DNA from: Calditrichia bacterium
GTDB taxonomy: Bacteria; Calditrichota; Calditrichia; RBG-13-44-9; J075
DNA: 64,000 nucleotides
Direction: 5' to 3'
Assembly: GCA_050633245.1 (NCBI GenBank)
Contig: JBOEGD010000001.1
Location: 160,001 to 224,000 of the forward strand
Shown: positions 57,171 through 64,000 of the stretch, in pieces
Layout of the letters: the number at the start of each line of letters is the position of its first letter
Numbering within the stretch: position 1 is the first letter of the stretch
Translations under genes and position numbers: made by a program
Notes under the pieces: model-generated
What the model was told of the DNA's origin: nothing
Seen by the model: only the letters and a program-made list of their open reading frames with translations
Databases searched by the model: none

Positions 57171-60100
57171 AATACGTCGATTTTATCTGCAATCAAATTA
57201 GCCTCGCCCGGGATGCGAGATTGAATGGTGCCGTGTATTCGGTAGGGACCCGGGCCTTTCACCAGATGCCCATAGCGGCTGTAGGTCTGCGCAAACAATA
57301 CCACTTCACAAAGGCCGTGCAGATCTTCCAGCGTCAGAAATTTCATCAACTCTTTGTTTTGCGTGGTTACTCGTCTACTGGTAACCATCCAGCCAATAAA
57401 CGTAACGCGCTTTCCTTTATTCTCTTCCAGCTGAAAAGATGTGATAGTATTCGCGCTGATATGCTTGGTGTAAAGCGTTAGCGGATGATCTGTAATGGCA
57501 AACCCCAATAGTTCAAGCTCGTAATAAATAGCCTGCCGCGGCGCATAAGGCTGAAGGCGAACCTGTTCCATCATGGCCTCGGTAAGGCTGCGTCGGCGTT
57601 TGTTCTTGAAGTAAAACTTATTGCGCAACAGCAGCTCCGGCTCGTTTGGGTTCAATGAGCGCAGTGCGCCACATTTTATCAGATTTTCCACTTCCCCTTC
57701 GCGTGGCGTTACCCGATTGATGAAATCGTAATAGTCACGAAATTGAGATTCACGTCGTTGCTCTACAATTCGTTGCTGAGTGCGAATGGTCAGCTCATGC
57801 ACGCTTTCCAGGCCGGTAATAATCGTATCATGTGTGCAGATAAATACCCGTTCCGATTGTTGTACATCTGGTGGCAAGAGCTTGATACCCATGCGACGAC
57901 ATTCGGAGATGTAAGCAGACAGGGAATAAAACCCACCCTGATTGTTCAATACGGCGGTCATATATGGCACCGGGAAATAACACTTTAGGAAAGCGGTTTG
58001 GTAGGCGATAACGCCATATGTGCAAGAATGCGCTTTATTGAAACCGTAGCCAACAAAATTCCCAAGAAATTTCCAGACGGTTTCCGTCTGCGACTTGGAA
58101 AGTCCCTTTTCTTTCGCGCCGTCGTTAAAGCGTTTGCGCATTTTATCCAGCGTTTCATGGTTACGACTTTTCGTCATGGCACGTCGCAGTACGTCTGCCT
58201 CCGAGAGCGTGAATCCCGCCACTGCAGCAGCAATCTGCATCACCTGTTCCTGATAAATAATACTGCCGTAGCTTTCCTCTAAAACCGGCTTTAGCAGTGG
58301 ATGGATGTAGTCTACCGTTTCCAAACCGGCGCGCCGAGCGATGTATTTTTCCTTCATACCGCTGTCAGCTGCTCCGGGGCGAATTAGCGCAACGGAAATA
58401 ATCACGTCTTCCATACCGTCAATCTGCATCTTTTGCAGCAGGCCGCGCATGGCCGGGCTTTCGGTTTGAAAACAACCCATGCTCATGCCTTCGCGTAAAA
58501 GTGCAATAACGTTTGGGTCGTTTTCCGGAATCATGCGCAGATCCAGTGGAGAAATATGGGACTTGCTGGTATCGAGAAATGGAAAACGCTTCTGGGTAAG
58601 ATAAGATGCGGCAGGCTCGAGGGTAATGTGTCTTCCTTCCAGGTCGTAACGGCAAACAATTTGTTTTAGAGGGTCGTCCCTAACACGATTGGAGGCCTTT
58701 CTAATGTCTTCCAGACAATCGGTAATCACGCTGAGTGAGCGCACGCCAAGCAGGTCCATTTTTACCAACCCCAGTGGCTCTACCGAATACATATCGTAAT
58801 GCGATGTAATGATGCCCTTTCCGGCAACCTGTAGTGGAGTGTAGTTGCGGATATCGTCCGGGGCGATAATGATGCCGCCGGAATGAATTGAGCAATGACG
58901 TGGATAACCGGCAATCTGTTGTGCAAAGTCCAGCACTTGTTCCAGTACATCGGCATGGGTGCGAATATGACGACATTCCGGTGCCTCCGAAAGTGCTTTG
59001 CTGAGAGAATTGCGGCTGTAATGCGGCAGGTAACGGGTAATCGCGCCGATCTCATCTTCAGGAAAACCATAGCAGCGTGCGATGTCGCGAATAGAGGAGC
59101 GTAGCTTAAATCTGCTGAAGGTACAAATCATTGCAGTATGCGCGCTGCCGTAGGTATCGTAAACATAGCGAATAACCCGGTCGCGATTCTTCCAGCATAA
59201 ATCCAGATCAATATCCGGCATGTCCGATCGTTCGCGATTTAAAAATCGTTCAAAGTAGAGGTTATAGCGTAACGGATCCGCCTGAGTAATGCCCAGAACA
59301 TAGGACACCAGACTATCACCAGCAGAACCCCGACCAATGCAGGGAATGCGTTCGCGATGGCAGAACTCTACGATGTCTTTCACAATTAGAAAGTAATCGC
59401 TGAATCCGAGAGCATTAATGGTATTCAGTTCGGTGGTAAGGCGAGCGGTTAATTCCTGGGTTAAGATGTGATAGCGTTCCTGCGCACCGCTGAATGCTGC
59501 TTTCCATAGATAAGAATAGCTGGTTTCGCTATCAGGCAGATCAATCGATGGAAAAATATGTTTATTCAGTCCAAAAGAGAATTCACACTGTGACGCAATT
59601 GTTTTGGTGTTTCGAATCGCATCCGGAAATTGTTTAAACAGCCGCTGCATTTCATTTGCAGGCTTCAGATATTGCTCTGCACTGACGCGTTCTGTTATGC
59701 GTTCGATTAGGGTGTTTTCATCAACTGCCCGTAACACCGCATGCAGTTCCTGCTCCTGCCTGTTTGCCAGATAGACATCATTGGTAGCAGCGAGTGGAAT
59801 CTCGTACTGACGCCCCAGATCGCGCAGGCGCAGGTTCATCATCAGATCGCTTTGCTGGAAGTGCTGCAGCTCGATAAAGAAGTGTCTGCCAAAAATGCGC
59901 TTCATCTGTCGGCAGTAGGTTTGTGCCTCTGCCAGTCGATGTGCATTGACCTGTTTCCAGAGCAAACCGACCTTACCTGCCGAGAGAACTGTAAGCCCTT
60001 TTTTGTATGTGATAAGGTCCTTGAGTTCCAGTTTAAATCCAAGATGTCCACCCTGTAAATGTCCCAACGAAAGTAGGTGACAGAGATTGCTATAGCCTTT

Positions 60101-60340
60101 TTGGTTTCGGACCAATAGCAATAATGTTTGGTCGGTGAACGTGATTTCCGAACCAATAATTGGTTGAATGCCGATTTCCAGTGCTTGCTGATAAAACTCG
60201 ATTGCCCCGTATAGTGCATTGCGATCGGTGAGAGCGAGATAGGTAAAACCAAGTTTTTGCGCATTGCCAAGCAGCGTATCGATTTTCATCGTGCCGCGTA
60301 ATAAGCTGTAACAGCTATGTGTATGAAGATGAACAAACAT
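57167..60340 (-). CDS. dnaE: DNA polymerase III alpha subunit, probably an accessory/error-prone (DnaE2-like) copy
   Basis: PHP HLHTHS.YS, ALTD, GRGSA..S, FERFL...R..MPDIDLD, KMDLLG, YQEQVM, YGFNKAH. Ends after the OB fold with no long C-terminal tail. Confidence 0.9.
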   Translation of the reverse strand: MFVHLHTHSCYSLLRGTMKIDTLLGNAQKLGFTYLALTDRNALYGAIEFYQQALEIGIQPIIGSEITFTDQTLLLLVRNQKGYSNLCHLLSLGHLQGGHLGFKLELKDLITYKKGLTVLSAGKVGLLWKQVNAHRLAEAQTYCRQMKRIFGRHFFIELQHFQQSDLMMNLRLRDLGRQYEIPLAATNDVYLANRQEQELHAVLRAVDENTLIERITERVSAEQYLKPANEMQRLFKQFPDAIRNTKTIASQCEFSFGLNKHIFPSIDLPDSETSYSYLWKAAFSGAQERYHILTQELTARLTTELNTINALGFSDYFLIVKDIVEFCHRERIPCIGRGSAGDSLVSYVLGITQADPLRYNLYFERFLNRERSDMPDIDLDLCWKNRDRVIRYVYDTYGSAHTAMICTFSRFKLRSSIRDIARCYGFPEDEIGAITRYLPHYSRNSLSKALSEAPECRHIRTHADVLEQVLDFAQQIAGYPRHCSIHSGGIIIAPDDIRNYTPLQVAGKGIITSHYDMYSVEPLGLVKMDLLGVRSLSVITDCLEDIRKASNRVRDDPLKQIVCRYDLEGRHITLEPAASYLTQKRFPFLDTSKSHISPLDLRMIPENDPNVIALLREGMSMGCFQTESPAMRGLLQKMQIDGMEDVIISVALIRPGAADSGMKEKYIARRAGLETVDYIHPLLKPVLEESYGSIIYQEQVMQIAAAVAGFTLSEADVLRRAMTKSRNHETLDKMRKRFNDGAKEKGLSKSQTETVWKFLGNFVGYGFNKAHSCTYGVIAYQTAFLKCYFPVPYMTAVLNNQGGFYSLSAYISECRRMGIKLLPPDVQQSERVFICTHDTIITGLESVHELTIRTQQRIVEQRRESQFRDYYDFINRVTPREGEVENLIKCGALRSLNPNEPELLLRNKFYFKNKRRRSLTEAMMEQVRLQPYAPRQAIYYELELLGFAITDHPLTLYTKHISANTITSFQLEENKGKRVTFIGWMVTSRRVTTQNKELMKFLTLEDLHGLCEVVLFAQTYSRYGHLVKGPGPYRIHGTIQSRIPGEANLIADKIDVL

Positions 60341-60362
60341 TGTAAGTTCCTGTAAGATCCTT

Positions 60363-60396
60363 TGATTGATGAATTATGATTGATGAATTATGAATT
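60363..60396 (-). repeat. About 2.4 copies of the same AATCATAATTCATC 14-mer found at 24378
   Basis: TGATTGATGAATTATGATTGATGAATTATGAATT is the reverse complement of that unit. Confidence 0.85.
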
Positions 60397-60619
60397 AACC
60401 AGAGACCAGAGAGTTTTCTGCCTACTGTCTGCTACCTCCTGCGAGTCGAGCATCGCGAGACGACCTACCAACGAACACAATGAGTAATTGATTTTACGTG
60501 ATCATTCGTTCACTATTCTAGCATCCTGGGATCAATAAAATCAACTAAAATCTGAAAAAAGGCTGTGAAAATAAAAATCATTCCGTTGTCAACTTTTTTA
60601 AATCCACAATGTCTATATA

Positions 60620-61207
60620 TTGAAAGAAAATGGTGCTATTGGTGTGAATCGCGAACAGGAACTCATCCGGGAGGCGCAAACCGGGGACGTCGGATCATTT
60701 GACGAGCTGGTGCGTCTATACGACCGGAAAATACTTCAGCTTATTGAAAGCATTGTCGGCAGTCGACACGACGCCTATGATGTTTATCAGGATACCTTTA
60801 TCCGGGCATTCCGTAAGCTGGACACGTTTCGCGGCGAAAGCGCCTTCGGCACCTGGCTGTCTCGTATTGCCATCAATCTGTCGCTGAATTGGTGTAAGCG
60901 GCAGCGACGCAAAGAACTCTTCTCGATGGATGCGAAGCAGGAGCAGCAGGGAGGCTGGGATTTAATAGAGGGAGCGAAAGGCAGTGAGAAGCGGGTACTG
61001 CAGGATGAACTGATGAGTCATGTGGATGTTGGATTGAAGAAGCTGCCACATAAACAACGCTCGATTTTTATCCTGAAACATCAGCATGGGTATAAGATAA
61101 AAGAGATTGCCGGGATGATGAACTGCGCAGAGGGAACGGTAAAGCAACATCTGTTTCGCGCAACGGCAAAGTTGAAGGAAATGCTGACCCCGTATTATGA
61201 AAACTGA
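60620..61207 (+). CDS. ECF RNA polymerase sigma factor
   Basis: GD..SF.ELV..Y, D.YQDTFI, F.G.S.F.TWL.RIA.N, region 4 EIA.MM...EGTVK..L.RA. Confidence 0.95.
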   Translation: MKENGAIGVNREQELIREAQTGDVGSFDELVRLYDRKILQLIESIVGSRHDAYDVYQDTFIRAFRKLDTFRGESAFGTWLSRIAINLSLNWCKRQRRKELFSMDAKQEQQGGWDLIEGAKGSEKRVLQDELMSHVDVGLKKLPHKQRSIFILKHQHGYKIKEIAGMMNCAEGTVKQHLFRATAKLKEMLTPYYEN

Positions 61208-61227
61208 GGCGAGAAGCGAGAAGGTAA

Positions 61228-61310
61228 AATGGTCAATGGTCAATGAACAATTGAAAATGGTCAATGAAAAATGTCCAATAATAAACCATCAATAATAACT
61301 CATCAATTAT
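61228..61310. repeat. Degenerate heptamer tandem repeat
   Basis: AATGGTC AATGGTC AATGAAC AATTGAA AATGGTC AATGAAA AATGTCC AATAATA AACCATC AATAATA ACTCATC... Confidence 0.75.
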
Positions 61311-61322
61311 AGATTGATTGCT

Positions 61323-62312
61323 ATGAAAAAAATAGATCAACAAAATCTGATTCTCTACCATCTCGATGAGCTGGAATCTGTGGAGCGCGCGAAGGTTGAG
61401 CAGCGCTTGCAGAATGAACCAGCCTTGCAAAAAGAGTTGGAGAAAATTGCAGCATTACACGAGGCCGCGGCAAAAAAAGCGCCTGCCGACGTATCTGATG
61501 AAACATTGGATATGCTGCGCCAAAGCGTTATGCGAAAGCTGCGCCAAGAACAGGCCAAGCCGGCAAAACAGCCTTTCTGGGGCTTTTTGCAGCCCGGCCC
61601 TGCACTACAGTTCGGATTTGCAGCGCTGCTTGTGCTGGTAGGGTTTCTATTTGGAAGATTAAATAGCGAGGCAGTACCGATAGAGAATAATCAACTTGCG
61701 GAACTATTAACCGCAAGTCGGGAAATTCAGTCGGGCAATAGCGCTGTTAATCCACTTCTGGCAGGGGTGGAAAAGCTACGTTACGACCCGCAAAGCGGCA
61801 CTCTCGAAATTTCTTATACCACGGTTAACGACATTCGGTTGAGTGGTCAGGTGGCCGATCCATCTGTGCGCAGACTTCTGCAAGAAGCGGTGATGGAAGA
61901 GGAACGCCCAAATGTGCGGCTGCATGCCGTGAAAGCACTAGAGCTTATGGCTGAAAAGAAGGAGCTGGATCGTGATCTGATAGAAACGCTTATCTTTCTG
62001 CTGGAACGCGATAGCAACACCGGCGTCCGGTTGCGGATTTTATCGGTATTGGAAAGCATGGAAAACGATCCGTTGGTAAAAGCGACGCTCACCCGGATTG
62101 TTCTTAATGATCCCGATGAGGCGGTGCGAATTCGCGCGATGGAAACGTTTACCAAGGGAATGATACATCTTGAAGATACACATATTATGAAGAAGGTTGC
62201 CAAGCAGGATTCGAACAGTTACGTTCGTAGAATGGCACAGGACGTGCTTGAAAAAATTGACATAACAGAGCCTCCCAGGGAAGAGCAGACGACTAGTCAG
62301 GAGCAGATATGA
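61323..62312 (+). CDS. Anti-sigma factor (ASD, one TM helix, extracytoplasmic HEAT repeats)
   Basis: Y..DEL...E...VE..L (no HxxxCxxC), one TM helix, NVRL.AV..L / D.N.GVR / D....VR repeats; follows the ECF sigma gene. Confidence 0.8.
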   Translation: MKKIDQQNLILYHLDELESVERAKVEQRLQNEPALQKELEKIAALHEAAAKKAPADVSDETLDMLRQSVMRKLRQEQAKPAKQPFWGFLQPGPALQFGFAALLVLVGFLFGRLNSEAVPIENNQLAELLTASREIQSGNSAVNPLLAGVEKLRYDPQSGTLEISYTTVNDIRLSGQVADPSVRRLLQEAVMEEERPNVRLHAVKALELMAEKKELDRDLIETLIFLLERDSNTGVRLRILSVLESMENDPLVKATLTRIVLNDPDEAVRIRAMETFTKGMIHLEDTHIMKKVAKQDSNSYVRRMAQDVLEKIDITEPPREEQTTSQEQI

Positions 62313-63613
62313 GAATATTATTAATTGGATTATTACTGTGTAGCATAGGTTTTGCACAGGATATGGAAACCATACACGGTGGAAAAGGCGATTATACCTA
62401 TCGCAATAGCCAGTGGTTTGATGTTGGGAAAACCGGTGAGATTAAAGTCGAACGCGTCAATGCAGATGTCAAAATTATCGGCTGGGATCAATCGCGCGTC
62501 GAGGTTATCGAAACGGCCAAAATGGATGTGTATACCAAAGAGGAGGCGAACGAAATTATCGATCGTTTTGAGACATCCTTCAGCCAAACCGGCAGCCGAA
62601 TTACCATTCGCGGGAATAATCATGGCCATTGGGAGAAGAAGTTCTTTGAGATCAATGTGCCTCGTAAATTCCTTACCAATGTGCGGATAAACCAAGGTTC
62701 TATTTATGTAGAAGGCATGAATGAAACGGTCGACCTGCGTTCTTCCAGTGGAAACATTGCGGTAAAAGATATTGACGGCAATGTAAAAATGCGCACCTCT
62801 GGTGGAGAGCTGGAAGCATTTGGCGTTAGTGGAACCTGTTTTGGAAAAACCTCCGGCGGAAACATTACCTATGAAGATCTTGGAATGGAATCTGAGGCGC
62901 GAACGTCAGGTGGAAATATTCGCGTAACCAATGCTAAGAAAACGCTGCTGCTTAAAACGTCTGGTGGCGAAATAGGTGTTAAAAACGCCGGTGGCGATAT
63001 TGATGCACATACAAATGGCGGGGCAATCGGTGTTCGTGATTGTAAGGGAGACGTGAACTTACGAACCAACGGTGGTAATATCTTTCTGAAAGACATTGTT
63101 GGCAAGATGCTTGGCGATACCAATGGTGGCGATATTATCGGTGAAAACCTTGAAGGCAGCTTGAATGTCGAGACGAATGGTGGTGATATTGAGCTGGACG
63201 ATATCCGCGGTGGAGTTCGCGCCACAACTCATGCCGGTGATATTGAGTTAACTATTACCAGCACAGATTTTAGTAAAGATCATACCAGCCATTTAAAAAC
63301 GCACCATGGGGATATACACGTCACGCTGCCGTCGAAAATGCCGTTAACAATTTCGGCCCAAATCACCCAAAAGAGCCGTTGGGATCGCTATGAGATCTAC
63401 ACCGATTTTCCGATGACCATGCAGCCGACAGGCACGAATCGCACCACGCGTAGTAGCGGCACAATCAATGGTGGGGGAGACACAATGGTGTTGGAAACAT
63501 CGGCGGGAAATATCTACATCGGGGATGGGTCGGGCACAAAAAACAGAAAACGTCAACGCATGCGTTCAGAAGGCAAAAACTGGCATGATGATGAAGAAGA
63601 CTGCGATTGTTAA
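62309..63613 (+). CDS. DUF4097 (putative adhesin) beta-strand repeat protein
   Basis: Signal peptide; many T(S/N)GG.I repeats; G.INGGG....L.TS.GNI; ATGA overlap with the upstream gene. Confidence 0.85.
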   Translation: MRILLIGLLLCSIGFAQDMETIHGGKGDYTYRNSQWFDVGKTGEIKVERVNADVKIIGWDQSRVEVIETAKMDVYTKEEANEIIDRFETSFSQTGSRITIRGNNHGHWEKKFFEINVPRKFLTNVRINQGSIYVEGMNETVDLRSSSGNIAVKDIDGNVKMRTSGGELEAFGVSGTCFGKTSGGNITYEDLGMESEARTSGGNIRVTNAKKTLLLKTSGGEIGVKNAGGDIDAHTNGGAIGVRDCKGDVNLRTNGGNIFLKDIVGKMLGDTNGGDIIGENLEGSLNVETNGGDIELDDIRGGVRATTHAGDIELTITSTDFSKDHTSHLKTHHGDIHVTLPSKMPLTISAQITQKSRWDRYEIYTDFPMTMQPTGTNRTTRSSGTINGGGDTMVLETSAGNIYIGDGSGTKNRKRQRMRSEGKNWHDDEEDCDC

Positions 63614-63691
63614 GTTCACAACGCGTCTAAATAATTTGAAACGTTTACCAGGAATAACCGTCAGTTATAGAAAGTGACCATAGGAGAAACC

Positions 63692-64000
63692 ATGAAAATG
63701 ATTACCAGATTACTCGTTGTATTTATGCTGTTTGCTTCAGCAAGCCTGTTGGCAGATACCGAGCTGTTAATGGAGAAAACCCTCAACACCGGCAAAAATG
63801 GACTGCTTTATGTAAAGAGCCTGAAAGGATCGATTCAGGTAGAAACGAGCAGCGCAAGTGAGGTTCGCGTGCGGATAGAATATCGCGATCGCGGTTGGGG
63901 CAGAGGAATGGAAAAAGATGAGATTATAGAAGAACTCGACCTGAGCATCGAGCAAGATGGTAAAAATGTCAATGTAACAACGCGTCGTGGTGGCAATGGT
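63692..64000 (+). CDS. Secreted protein, probably a second DUF4097-family member (truncated by the window end)
   Basis: AGGAG RBS; hand translation MKMITRLLVVFMLFASASLLADTELLMEKTLNTGKNGLLYVKSLKGSIQVET..., open to the window end. Confidence 0.65.
   Translation, partial: MKMITRLLVVFMLFASASLLADTELLMEKTLNTGKNGLLYVKSLKGSIQVETSSASEVRVRIEYRDRGWGRGMEKDEIIEELDLSIEQDGKNVNVTTRRGGNG

Noticed and set aside
58550-58720. Intein in DnaE
   Set aside because: Too short, with no His-Asn/Cys-Ser-Thr splice junction, and not at the GFNK intein site.
60620-64000. ECF sigma / HEAT anti-sigma / DUF4097 cassette as a novel system
   Set aside because: This is a recurrent known arrangement; nothing unusual is visible beyond the zinc-free anti-sigma domain.

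Overview
Bacterial chromosomal window, probably from an FCB-allied lineage such as Calditrichota or KSB1 (inferred only from NYPNPFNP/FlgD-Ig C-terminal domains and gene content). About 39 kb (12.7-51.4 kb) is a Wzx/Wzy-type exopolysaccharide/capsule locus in two + strand blocks separated by carAB and an epimerase. Block 1: wecB, heparinase II/III-like, GT4 x2, AlgD-like dehydrogenase, GT2, asnB, transglutaminase-like, deacetylase, flippase-like. Block 2: wza, wzc, priming transferase, oxidoreductase/acetyltransferase/aminotransferase trio, NRPS, deacetylase, GTs, wzx, wzy. The strongest candidate for an undescribed system is a single-module NRPS (docking-C-A-T-TE) inside block 2. It has a glycine-type A-domain code and an atypical Cys, apparently His-less TE, which suggests NRPS-driven aminoacylation of a polysaccharide. 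Supporting oddities: a priming glycosyltransferase fused to a degenerate GGDEF domain that keeps an RxxD c-di-GMP site; a membrane transglutaminase next to asnB; and three flanking secreted-protein genes that each carry a sigma54 -24/-12 motif, resembling PEP-CTERM/EPS systems but with no exosortase in view. The flanks hold an AraC/SDR pair, a 1724-aa BACON/PKD repeat lipoprotein, a GH5, a GlpD-like oxidoreductase, TlpA, an accessory DnaE and an ECF sigma/anti-sigma/DUF4097 cassette. Intergenic heptamer tandem repeats and REP-like palindromes are common. No rRNA, tRNA, CRISPR array or transposase was found. All calls come from motif recognition by eye; no searches were run.
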